Source of the DNA: Ranitomeya imitator
Lineage: Eukaryota
Length of the DNA stretch: 64,000 nucleotides
Assembly (NCBI RefSeq): GCF_032444005.1
Contig: NC_091282.1
Location: forward strand, 184,698,001-184,762,000
Direction of reading: 5' to 3'
A program made the position numbers and the translations under genes. Positions 51,103-63,473 of the stretch are shown one piece after another (the first letter of the stretch is position 1; every line of letters starts with the position of its first letter). The notes beneath the pieces are model-generated. The model was not told the origin of the DNA. It was given only the letters and a program-made list of their open reading frames with translations, and ran no database searches.

Positions 51103-51762
51103 TTAATTCATTTTTGGCCACTTGTACTGTTAAGATACGGTGGTCTAGGAGCAACATGGAATGAGCTCTGAACGAAGTGGTAACTGTACTGACCGCAGTC
51201 CCTAAGCTCAACACAACACTAGAAGTAGCCGTGGAATGCTCCTAACTCTCCCTAGGCATCTCGTCACAGCCTAAGAGCTAACTACCCCTAAAGATAGAAT
51301 CACGAAAGCTATCTTGCCTCAGAGAAAATCCCCAAAGGATAGATTAGCCCCCCCACAAATAATGACTGTGAGTGGAGAGGGAAAAGACATACACAGAATG
51401 AAACCAGGATGAGCACAGGAGGCCAGTCTAACTAAATAGATAGGACAGGATGGAATACTGTGCGGTCAGTATCAAACACTACAAAAATCTACGCAAAGAT
51501 TACAAAAAAATCTCCACACCTGACTAAAGGTGTGGAGGGCAAATCTGCCTCCCAGAGCTTCCAGCAAGACAGAATTAATTCACACTGATAAGCTGGACAA
51601 ACATAGAAAGCACAGAATGGATAAGTCCACAATCTATGGACAGAAAAGGGCAAGCAAAAACTTAGCTTAGCTGAACTGGTCAGGATAACAGGGAACTCCA
51701 AAGAGATGTGAATCCAACCAGGAACCATTTACAAGTGGCACAGGCTGAAGATAGAGCCAGAC

Positions 51763-51769
51763 TTAAATA
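51763..51769 (-). promoter_or_regulatory. Putative TATA box (TATTTAA) of the Gypsy 5' LTR
   Basis: Lies 30 nt upstream of the 10-nt LTR segment complementary to the PBS (51730-51739). Confidence 0.6.
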
Positions 51770-52472
51770 GCCGAGCAGAAGAGACGATAAGTGGAGGCAG
51801 CTGATGACAGTTAACTCCAAGGAGCAGCCATACCACTAGAAACTACAAGAGGGAGCCCAAGAGCAGAACTCACAAAAGTGCCACTTACAACCACCGGAGG
51901 GAGCCCAAGAGCGGAATTCACAACAGCAACCCCCACATGTACTCAGCCTGGCTAATAGCTGTAAATCATTCAGCTGCCGTGATGAAAACTAAATCTCTGA
52001 ACAATAACAAATACTCGGAGACCACCCGAGTGTGTTCGGGAAAACCCGAGCAACGAGTACACTCGCTCATCTCTAATGCTGACATAAAGTAGACCTGTGT
52101 AAAATGTTATTTCATTATTTTGTGTGGTATAACTGATTTGAGGGCATAAGAATTCAAAGTTTAAAATTAAGAATTTTTCAAAGATCTAGTCAAATTGTCT
52201 ATATTTTCAAATTTTTAAATCATATTGTATGATCCATTGAAGTGTTCCACAGTTTTTACCACATAAAGTGACGGTGGTCAGAATCGAAACATTTGGCCTG
52301 ATAGGAAAGTGAAAACAGGCTTCGGTTGAAGGGGTTAAAAAATATTATTTCAGTAAGGCAGCCATTTTATTGCAATGCTATTTACCTATAGATTGATCCT
52401 ATATCTGCAGATAAATAGCATTTTCCAAAATGACAGGTTCCCTTTAATCCAAACCTTTATTACTTATTTGCC

Positions 52473-53244
52473 TGTTATGATCAGGTGACCTTGGAGCAGC
52501 ATGAAAACTTTCACTGGAGTAGGTGGTAACTATACTGACCGCAAATCCTGATCTTAACACCGCAACTAGAAGTAGCCGTGGGGTGTGCCTAACAAATCCT
52601 AGACACCTCGACACAGCCGGAGGACTAAATACCCCTATAGATGGAAATAGGAATTCTACCTTGCCTCAGAGCAGAACCCCAAAGGATAGGCAGCCCCCCC
52701 ACAAATATTGACTGTGAATAGTAGAGGAAAAGACACACGCAGGCAGGAAACAGGATTTAGCAAAAGAGGCCACTCTAGCTAAAATAGGAAAGGATAGGAC
52801 AGGATACTAAGCGGTCAGTATTAAAATCCTTCCAAAAATATCCACAGCAGAAAATACAAAAACTCCACCATCTTACTAAAGATGTGTAGCGTATATCTGC
52901 AACTCCAGAGAATTCAACAAGACTGAGAAAACACTGACACAGTCTAAGCTGGACAAGAGAAAACAAATGAATAGCACAGAATATAAGCACACAGCTTGTG
53001 TGCCACAGAAAAAGAAACAGACACTTATCTTTGCTGAATTGGCAGCTAAGCAGGAGAAGCCAGACAAAGATCCAACACTTCCCAAGAAACATTGACAACT
53101 GGCAAGGACCAATGAGTCCAGCAAACCTAAATACCCCAGTCAGAATTGCAATCAGTAGATACACCTGTCCAAGACTGCAGCCCAGGAACAACTGCATTAC
53201 CACCCACAACCACCGGAGGGAGCCCAAAAGCAGAATTCACAACA
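52473..53244 (-). mobile_element. Solo LTR (772 bp) of a sister subfamily of the Gypsy element
   Basis: Ends tgttatgat...gaattcacaaca are shared with the Gypsy LTR; flanked by TTTGCC at 52467-52472 and 53245-53250. Confidence 0.9.
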
Positions 53245-56200
53245 TTTGCCCATTCATTAGACTGTATGCTATAATTTAAACCAACAGTTCAGCATTTTTT
53301 TTTATTTCAGCATGGTGCCACTAACCCAAGTTCCCTGACTTTAGTATTATACTTCAGCCCCTGTGCCGCCATCTTGTGACCCCAACTTCTGACTGATCGG
53401 AAGTCAGAGGTAAAGGTCACAAGTTCTCAATGCAAGTCTACGAGATCCTCGTTCTGGCCTCGTTTTGGCTCTGATTGACTTACAATACATTTAGTTGAAG
53501 CATTTCTCCAGCGGGTTTTTCTTATTTTAGTTCTGGATTGGTACAACTAATGAAAGTGCCCTGCCCCTAGCAACATACGGTACTTCCATCCATTGTCCTG
53601 TGACTGCAATTTCTGAATGACCAGAAGTTAGAGATAACGGTCACGAGCTCTCAATGCAACAAGTATAAATTTGCCCTCAGCACTCATCGAGGACACATTA
53701 GGAAACCGGATCATCATACTCACAGGAGGAGGCAGCATCGAGGACTCCAAGGAGCTCACTGGGAAAAAATTGCTGCAAACTAAGTGAAAGAACGTGTCCA
53801 AGCTTGGGTCAAGCAAATACATTTTCTTTTATTGCGCGCCAAATACAGTGCAATGTTTCGACCACATACAAGTCATGCTTGACAAAGATATGTATCTGGT
53901 CACAACATTGCACTCTATTTGTAGCGGAATAAAAGATTCATTTAATTCACCCAAACTTGGACATTGTCTTTCACTTAGTTTAAAGTACTCAATGTAAATC
54001 TATGAGAGCATGGTTCTGGCCTCGTTCTGCCTCTCATAGACTTACATTGAGAAGTAATCCCCGGCTCGCCCAGCTAACACCAGACTGATCCAGCAGGTCA
54101 CAATCTGCATGAGGGGACTGTTTTGGCACCAATAACAGATGAATACAGTGAAAGTTACAGCTGAACCGCGCATAAAGGGACCAAAGGGGCTGGACAGAAC
54201 CACCCAAGGTGCGGATAGGGCCGTAGCTGTGATGTCACACGCTGAGTCTTCTGTCGGCCATCTTCCCCCTGCTCGTATCCAGGGACGCCACCGGCCGGGG
54301 CATTCCCTGGCTCTACGTAGCGTCCACACAGCGATTCTGTGCCCGCTCCCCTGCAGGTTCGCCTGCGCGTTCAGCCCTTTCTCGCCTTAGGGCTTCCCGG
54401 TACAGCGCCCACGTGCATCCATTCATTGATCCTCCTCTCGGTGCAGCTCAGCGCCGCAGCCCCTCCAGGTTTGCTGGCCGGCACGGTATTCTATCCACGA
54501 GGTTCTGGGCTTCTCACCGTAGAACTACATGTTTGCCCATTCTGCTGCCGCTGCGGCATCCATGTTCCGGTAAGTCCGCCAGCTCCACATTTATATGTTC
54601 CCATTTTATATTTTTACATTTACCATCCTATACTTTATATCTGGTAAGGGGCCGACTGTACTATCAGTGTAGGTATTTAGTCATTCCTGCACAGCTGTCC
54701 TGGTTCCATTTTTGCGGCCCTATCCGCACCTTGGGTGGTTCTGTCCAGCCCCTAGTAGCCCTCTGGATATTAGTTTTAGTGGCTGTACTAGTGTTTGCTT
54801 ATTTGCTTTATTCATTTTTTATGTGGTTTTGGTCCCTTTATGCGCGGTTCAGCTGTAACTTTCATTGTGCATACTTCTATAGCAGGATTGGCACTTACCT
54901 GCCCTGACTCCAGCTGCTAGGGACCTTGGGGTTTGATATTAGCGCTTGTGTGTTTCCTTCTTCTAGATGAATACAGTGTCTGGTAAGCATAAGACTGGGG
55001 GTAGGGACCTTACATTGGTGACACCATTTTAGTGGAAAAATATAAAAAAGTGGTGCTTTAGGACTGAGATTACGTGTATCATGAAAAGTGAAAAGGCTCT
55101 TAATTTCTAAAACTAAACTTTAAAGGTAGAAAAACATTCTTGCAAATTTATTTTGTAAAAAATAATAGTCTTCCAAAAGGAAAAGATAGTATAATTAAGG
55201 CAAATGGCAGATACAAAAAGTACTGAAAAATGGTATTATGCCTAAAAGGGTTGTCTGAGAATGAGATAAAATGGTGTCCCTGGTATAATTCAAACTGCAG
55301 CCTGTCTTAGTCACATACAGACTGAAGATATGTAGTTCCCAAGACCCGTGTGTCAAGTGACAAGAGCTGTATCACACATATACCTCAGTCAGGCTGTCAT
55401 ATGTGAAGAAATATAAATCTTTGTTTTCAGAGGCATAGCTAGGGGTTTTGGTTCAGGGGGAGACGAATCTTCTGAGCGGGCCCCAACCAGGTAACCCTGA
55501 TTACAACTATGGTGGCACACCCTAATAGTGGAGGTGGGAGAACCTTAGCAGATGACTCGGCCGTTACTGAAAATATTCTCTATACATAGACCAACACTGA
55601 TATTACCGCCACAAGGTGACATATAGTGGTAGATACCAGTCCTGCAGAACATATAAGAGATTACAGTACAGTTATTGATGGTGACTTACAACTTATGTTC
55701 TTTCTGATGGAATCGTTCACTTTTCCCGTCTTTTCCATCAGGTCCAGACCAGCATGACAAATTCTCCCAGCCCAGACTCGTCTACAGAGATTAAGACACA
55801 TTTGACTTCTCACATTTCTAGAACAGCCCCATCTATTCCCAACCCGCACAAATGCCTCATCCTGCTGATATTCCAATACTGATCCACTACTATTACTATT
55901 ACTGCTACTGTACTGTGTGCACTCTAGATAGTAAAACAAACCTCTTGAATATATTAATGCCCTGTGCAAGTGCCCTAGAAAACAGTGCCCACATTTTTCT
56001 TCTTAGAAAGTAATAATGCCCTCTGTCTGCCAATTTGACAGTCACAATAAACGGAGTCTCCCTATAGTAATAAGTGTCCACTTTTCATTTAATAATGTCC
56101 CGAGTCTCCCCCATGATCAGCTCTCCTCTACACAGGATGATGCTCTCTTATACACAGTATAATGCCCCCTCACAGTATAGTACCCCACACACAGTATACT

Positions 56201-56339
56201 GACCCCTTAGTAGCCCCTAAACTTTTTGATGGCCCCAACAATGTATGATGGCCCTCACATTGTAAAAAGACCCCATATTAGCCCCCCCCCACTGTATTTT
56301 GACCCCCTTGCTGTAATTCCCACACTGCATGATGGTCCA

Positions 56340-57100
56340 CTAAATAGCCTCCATATAGTATAATGCACCACATATTTCTCCATATAGTATACTGCACTCC
56401 TCATATGCCTTTATATAGTATAATGACCTCCCACTAGTCCTTCATATAGTATAATGCACTCCCCATAGGCTTCTATATAGTATAATGAACTCCCCATACC
56501 CCCATATAGTATAATGCACTTCCCATAGGTCTCTATATAGTAAAATGTACTCGTTATAGGCCTCCATATAGTATAATCCACATAGGCTTCCATATAGTAT
56601 AGTATAATGCACTGTCCATAGGCCTCTCTATAGTATAATGCACTCTCCATAGGCCTCTATACAATATAATGCACTCCTCATAGGTCTCTATATATAGTGT
56701 AATGCACTCTGCATTGCCCGCTATATAGTAAACTGCATTCCCCATAGGCCTCCATATAGTATAATGCACCCCCATAGGCCTCAATTTAGTATAATACACT
56801 CCCCATAAACCTCCATATAGTATAATGCACTCTCCATATGCCTATATATAATATAATGCACTCCCCATATGCCTCTATATAGTATAATGAAGTCCCCATA
56901 GGACACCATATACTAAATGAACTGTCCATAGTCCTTCATATAGTCTAATGCACTCCCCATAGTCCTTTATATAGTATAATGCACTCTCCATAGACCTCAA
57001 TTTAGTATAAGGCACTCCCCATGGGCCTCTATATAGTATAATGCACAACCATAAACCTCGATATAACGTAATGCACTCCCCATATACCTCCATAGAGTAT
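56340..57100. repeat. ~30-bp minisatellite, probably inside a hAT-type MITE starting near 55428
   Basis: ccatatagtataatgcactccccataggcct repeated; cagaggcatagctagg at 55428 resembles a hAT end, but no matching right end or TSD was confirmed. Confidence 0.85.
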
Positions 57101-58099
57101 AAAAAAATACAATACTCACCTCTCCTCTGAGCACCCGCACGTCTCAGGACTGCGGACGCCAAGTAATGACATCATCGCACCCACTGACAGTGTCTGTGTC
57201 AGTGACGTCAGATGCAAAGGGGAAATGATGACAGAGAGAACGTGACTTTTCCTCTCTCATCACTGCTGGCACCACCCCGCTCATGGACCCCATAGTGGTT
57301 GGGTGGCGGTCTCCCTGCTCTGCCACAGAGTAGCACAGACATGCTCCTCATTATAGAGACAGAGAGAAAGAGACAGACTATTTGTGCTTCGGGGTGGACC
57401 TGTGAGCAGGTTTCTTCTTGGTTTCTCTGGCCTACAGCACCAAGGTAAGCCTCTGCCTTCAGTCCCGCCCCGAGCATGAGCATCTCATTAGCTGAAAACT
57501 TCACTGATTACACAAGAACCACTGAGACGCGAGTCACGACAGTATATATGTACACTACGTACTGTAAGTAAAGGGAGGTCAAACAATCTGAGGTCAGGTC
57601 CAGGAAATGGCGCAGTACGACAAAGGGAAGTCAGAGCCAATGTCCAATACATGAGATTAGGTCAGGAAAGCCAGAGAGACAAGAGAGATTACAGGGAGCA
57701 GGTACAAGCAAAGTCAGGTCACAAGTAAAGGGTCTGAGTCCGGATAGAGAATCAAGTCAAGCTGGGTCAGGCACAGAGCACAGAGGGATCAATTTTCCCC
57801 AGGCAACAGCAAGTGTACAATTGACACTGGGGTGAGAAACTAGCATGCTTAAGTAGCAGCCTGATTAAGGAAAATGAACACAGATGATTGCAGCACAGAC
57901 CCAGCACAGACTGACAGCACTGACACAAAGTAACAAAAAGACAGAAACAGAGTGGAAATCTTGATAACCACAAGATGGATTTCTTCACCCCAGGTATCAT
58001 TTTAATCAGTGTAACAGTGCCAACCTGACAATGCTTGTAGTTTACTTAGCAAAGTCCTGCTGACAGGTTCCCTTTAAAGATTACACATTTCCTTTGTAT

Positions 58100-60790
58100 T
58101 TTACGCAAAAAAAAAATATTGCCATTTTTAAATTCTAAATATTACAAAAAGGAAATGCTAAAGTTTGGCTACCTTGCATGATTTGTACTTAGTAGCACGC
58201 CCTTTTGCAAGTATCACAGCTTGTATATGTTTTTCGTAGCCAGACAAGAGTTTTTCAATTCTTGTTTGAGAGATTTGCATACATTCTTCCTTGGAAAATT
58301 CTTCCAGATCTGTGAGATTACTGTGTCGTCTTGAATGCACTACTATTTTGAAGTCTAGCCACAGATTTTCAATGATGTTCAGATTAGGGCACTGTGAGGG
58401 CCATTGCAAAACTTTCAGCTTGCACCTTTTGAGGTAGTCTATTGTGGATTTTGACTTGTGTTTAGGATCGCTATCCATTTGAAGAAGCCATCCTCTTATC
58501 AAATTCAGCTTTTATACTGATGGTGTTATATTTACATCAAGAATTTGTTGAAATTTCATTGAATCTGCAGCGCCCCAGAGTCCTGGTCGTTGCAGTAATG
58601 TCGCTTTTCTACCAGGTGGAGTGATGTTACGTCTGATGGCACCAAAGGAGTCCACCTTACCAGGTATCACAGCCACACACACACTTCACACTCCAGTCCA
58701 CCAGGGGGAGCTAAGGGTTCTATTCACTAGGCCTCTCCTCACATAGGGTAAAACTGGTGGGTTGGTCAGGAAGTTAGGCAAAAGAAGCTGACTGGAGGGA
58801 GAAGGAGATAGTCGGAAGGAGGAGAGGAGAGTTACTGGCTGGAGACCGACGAGGAAAGGTCTCCAGGTCGAGCTGGCTGGGGTGATCCCTGGTCAGATCC
58901 AGACTGAAGTCTGAGGAAGTGAGAAGGAAGGAAAGAAGGACACGGAGATGCGCCTGCAACCCATGCGGCAGCATCCTAAGAAAGGACAAGAAAGGAATTG
59001 TGCTGTAGTGAGTGAGAAAAGAAGTCATAGCAACAGGAGTGAAACATCGGTGGGAGACCAGCTAGGAGCAGGCTGCCTCCTTCCGAAGCGCAGACCCGGT
59101 GGCCGGACCACCGAGGGAGTAATAGACTCTACGCTTTACTTCAGAGACCGGCAGGGCAGTCAATTCCAAGTTGGCTGTCCGACCTAAACACCTAAGCAGA
59201 CACGGTGGCAATTGTGGAGGAGGGGCGTCGCTCGGGTCCCTATAAAATGGCCTCAGGCCACCACCGTCATACGGGTTTGTCCTATCCATCTCTTGGGGAC
59301 AGAGAGAGAGAAGTAACAACAGTGAGGACCTTATGGTAGCTAATGCAAGTAGGGACCTACTACGTTACTGTGCGCAAGGGGAAGGCTACTGATTTCCACC
59401 TGGATAAGGGGACTCTGGAATTGCTATCAGACCAGCTGAGCCCTGCCTACCCTGTGATCCAGCACTCTGGACTGTGGATGCTGAAGCCTTCAGTAAAGGT
59501 GAAGAGACTGCACCCATTGTGTCCTCGCTATTTGTCGCGCCTTGCATCATCCACCATCATCATCTACACTTCTGGGAAGCCCTGGGGAAATACTTCACCT
59601 GTGTGAAGGTATACCATCTAGCTGCCATAACACCACCCCAGCGGACCCGTGAGCAGCGTCGGTCACTCTGACCGAATACCTCAGGTGGCGTCACGAACAC
59701 TATCATTATCTACGAACTCTGCCTTTTAGTTGGGCGCCCCTCATAGGGCCACGGTCCGGGTCGGGCCAACGTGACATTCTCGCTGAGGGAACTGAAGGAC
59801 CCGGTACCGAGTACCCCATTGCCCTTACGTGGGGGTGATTCAAATCCATTCTTTCCTCTTCTTGTGAAATATTCCCTGTGCTAATGGCTGCAACACAACC
59901 CCAAAACATGATTGATCCACCCCCATGCTTAAGATTGGTAAGATTTTCTTTTCTGGAAAGTCTGTGCCCTTTTTCCTCCACACATACCTTGGATCATTGT
60001 GACAAAAAAGTTCTATGTTAGCCTCATTGGTCCACACGTCTTGTTTCCAATATGCATCAGACTTATTTAGATGTTCTTTTGCATACTTCTGACTCTTAAT
60101 TATATGATGAGGACGCAGTAGAGGTTTTCTTCTAAAGACTCTTCCATGAAGGCCATGTTTGTGCAGGTGTATCTGAACAGTAGAATAATGTACCACAAAT
60201 CCAGAGTCTGCTAAATCTTTCTGAAGGTCTAAGATGGGGGTTCTGATTTGCCTCACTAGTAATCCTACAAGCAGCCTCTCAGTGACAATTTGTTTTGTAT
60301 TCCAGACCTTATCATGACCTCCGATGTTCCTGTTAACTGCAATTTCTTAATTTCATTTTTAACTGAGAAAAGGTAAACTTGAAAATCTTCTTATAGCCTT
60401 CTCCTGCTATGTGGGCCTCCACAATTTTCATTTTCAGAGTGCTAGGCAGTTGCTTAGAAAAATCCATGGTTGCTGTTTTTTGGCACAAGGTTAGAGGAGG
60501 TTGGGTTTTTATAAAGTTGGGAAATTTTCAACTCTTGGACTTTCCTAACAATGAGAGTGAACAAGCCAAAACCCTAACAGGCTAATTAAGGTCTGAAACC
60601 TTGGTCAAAGTTATCTGAGCACACAAATCTCCAATGATGCTCAAAGTTTTGCATCTGCCCATTTTCCTTTTTGTAGTTTTAAAATGTAAAACATTACAAA
60701 ATATTTTAGTTGTTGCATAAAATACAAGGGAAATGTGTCACCTTTAACATTAGGCCTTTTAAAGATCATTTAATCTTCAACTTGCTTAAC
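58100..60790 (-). mobile_element. Decayed Tc1 element interrupted by a solo LTR
   Basis: Minus-strand remnants [39 protein letters not shown] and KGRATKY. Boundaries are approximate. Confidence 0.82.
58566..59842. mobile_element. Solo LTR (1277 bp)
   Basis: TGCAGCGCCCC...GGGGGTGATTCA; 4-bp TSD AATC at 58562-58565 and 59843-59846; removing it restores Tc1 sequence attgaatccattctt. Confidence 0.82.
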
Positions 60791-61026
60791 TGTTACGTGA
60801 CTAGGATGGAATGCAGTTTGAATTACCGGTATATCAGGGACACTATGTTATCTAATTCTCGGAGAACCCTTTTAAAATCTTAGGCTTCTGCTTGGTCTAT
60901 CAACTTGTTAAATTGGTGTTAAAAACCTGTGTAGGACTTCATCCTCCAGAAGAACTGTATTTAGAATAAAAATCACGAAAAAGGCATGAAAATGAGCCTT
61001 GGGCAACAAAACCTGTTTTACAAACA

Positions 61027-61065
<39 letters not shown>

Positions 61066-61067
<2 letters not shown>

Positions 61068-62120
61068 TATATAATTGTCTAAGGGTCACTTCCATCTGTC
61101 TGTCTGTCTTTCTGTCACGGTTATTCATTCGCTGATTGGTCTTGGCAGCTGCCTGTCATGGCTGCCGCGACCAATCAGCGACGGGCACAGTCCGGAAGAA
61201 AATGGCCGCTCCTTACTCCCCGCAGTCAGTGCCTGTCGCCCGCATACTCCCCTCCGGTCACCGCTAACACAGGGTTAATGCCGGCGGTAACCGACCACGT
61301 TATGCCGCGGGTAACGCACTCCGTTACCGCCACTATTAACTCTGTGTGTCCCCAACTTTTTACTATTGACGCTGCCTATGCGGCATCAATAGTAAAAAAT
61401 GTAATGTTAAAAATAATTTTAAAAAAATAAACCTGCTATACTCACCCTCCGTAGTCCGCTGAGGCGCTCCCGCCGGCCGCCATCTTCCGCTGCAGTTTCC
61501 AGTGGCAAAGATGGTATGGCAGAAGGACCTGCCATGACATCACGGTCATGTGACCGCGATGTCATCACAGGCCCTGCGCGCTTGCGCTAGAAAGAACTGC
61601 CATGACGTCACGGTCATGTGACCGCGACATCATCACAGGTCCTGTGCTCTGATACCAACCCTGGGACCGCAAGCTGCCATGGACTACAAGGGGCCTTTGG
61701 AAAGGTGAGTATATGTTTATTTTTTATTTTTTCACCTGTGACAAACCTGACTGGGCAATATACTACGTAACTGAGCAATATACTACGTGGCTGGGCAATA
61801 TACTACGTCACTAGGCAATATACTACGTGTCTGTGCAATATACTACGTGACTGGGCAATATAGTATGTAACTGGCCAATATACTACGTGGCTGTGCAATA
61901 TACTACGTCACTAGGCAATATACTACGTCACTGGGCAATATACTACGTGTCTGGGCAACATACTAAGTGGCTGGGCAATATACTATGTGGTTGGGCAATA
62001 TACTACGTGGCTGTGCAATATACTACGTGGCTGGGCAATATACTACGTGGCTGGGCAATATACTACGTGGACATGCATACTCTAGAATACTCGATGCGTT
62101 AGAATCGGGCAACCATCTAG
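61066..62120 (+). mobile_element. Non-autonomous Helitron-like element with an internal 20-bp minisatellite
   Basis: 3' hairpin ctcga-tgcgttagaa-tcggg (62090-62109), then CTAG (62117-62120) followed by T; no TSD; inserted in (TA)n; gcaatatactacgtggctgg repeats at about 61750-62070. Confidence 0.7.
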
Positions 62121-62160
62121 TATATATATACATATATACTGTATATTATATATATATATA

Positions 62161-63410
62161 TGCAGTGCCCCAGAGACCTGGTCGTTGCAGTATGACGCTC
62201 TGCCACTAAGGGGAGTGATGGTACGTCTGAAGGAATTCTCCTGACCAGGTATCACCAGAACACATTACACTTCACACTCCGGCCTCTAGGGGGAGCAAAA
62301 GGCTTTATTTATTGGGCCACTCCTCACACTGGTAAAACTAGGGGTTGGGGAGGAAGTTAGTTAGAAGCTGACTGGGTTGGATTCAGGCAACATCCCTTGG
62401 CAGGGGGTGTTGCAGGGAGAAGACACAGGGGGTCCCTGTCAGGCGTGGGAACCTGGCAGGTGCCTAGCGAACAGAGCAGAACGTAACGGAACCGTGCCTG
62501 CACACCCTGAGGCGGTATCCAAGAGAGAGACACGAAGGGAAGGATATTGTGGAACAGTGTAAACGAGATCAAGCACAAAGGAGTACCAGTAGGAGTCGTA
62601 CCGTGAGACCGAGGCAACATCCTACTGAGGCGCGTAGCCGGTGGCCGGAACACCGACGGAGTAACTGACTCTAGGCCTTACTTCGAACTCCGCAGGACAG
62701 TTAATTATAGGTTGGCTGTCTCACCTAAACACCTACAAAGACATAGGGGGCAACAGTGGGAGAGGGGCGTCTCTAGGGTCCTGGAAGACCTCCAGGCCTT
62801 CCCGTCATACGGGTGCGTCCTAGCCATAACATACCTGGGGACGTTGAACTAGAAAGATCTGGAACCAAAGAACGAGAGAGCTGTAGAGAACGACGAACGA
62901 GAACAGCAGTTGTGAGGACTATTCCGAATGCTCAGCAGGGTAGGACTACAACACACAGGCGCTAGTGGTAGGCAACGATTTCCATCTGCGAAGGAAACTC
63001 TGGATGTGCCCATCGGACCGGCCGGTCTCAGATAGCCCTGTTAAGCATGCTCTAGATTGAGGATCCTGAAGTCTTCAGTAAAGAGGTAAAGAGACTGCAA
63101 CCCTGTGTCCTCGTTATTGACTGCACCCTACACCATTACCATCTACCTTACTGGGAAGCCCTGGGGACATACTTCACCTGTGGGAAGGTATACCATCTAG
63201 CTGCCATTCCATCACCCCAGCGGACCCCACAGCAGCGTCGGTCACCCTGACCGAACACCACAGGTGGCGTCACAAACCCCTGACAGACTGCACCACCTTT
63301 ATTGGACGCCCCTTAGCAGGGTCGCGGACCGGGTCTAGCCACCATGACAGCCTCAGAACCGAACCAGAGAGGCCCGTTACCGAGAACTCGTGGCCCTGTG
63401 TCTGGGGGCG

Positions 63411-63413
<3 letters not shown>
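62161..63413. mobile_element. Solo LTR related to 58566-59842, inserted in (TA)n
   Basis: tgcagtgccccagagacctggtcgttgcagta...gggggcgctc, collinear with the 58.6-kb copy. Confidence 0.8.

Positions 63414-63473
<60 letters not shown>

Larger units (their letters stand above)
46122..51925 (-). mobile_element. Full-length chromodomain Ty3/Gypsy LTR retrotransposon (Tf1/sushi-like)
   Basis: 798-bp LTRs at 46122-46919 and 51128-51925 (about 19 mismatches counted by eye), TG...CA ends, G-rich PPT at about 46923-46931, gene order gag-PR-RT-RH-IN-chromodomain. Confidence 0.96.
45955..52075. mobile_element. hAT MITE split by the Gypsy insertion
   Basis: Ends ttgtgatgagcga and tcgctcatctcta; 8-bp TSD ATGCTGAC at 45947-45954 and 52076-52083. 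Confidence 0.9.
44314..52334 (-). mobile_element. Truncated piggyBac-like element (same family as 13789-18665) hosting a MITE dimer, a hAT MITE and the Gypsy element
   Basis: Right end gaagggg|TTAA (52335-52338) reverse-complements to the 13789 terminus; contains the same satellite-type units. Left boundary is approximate. Confidence 0.72.
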
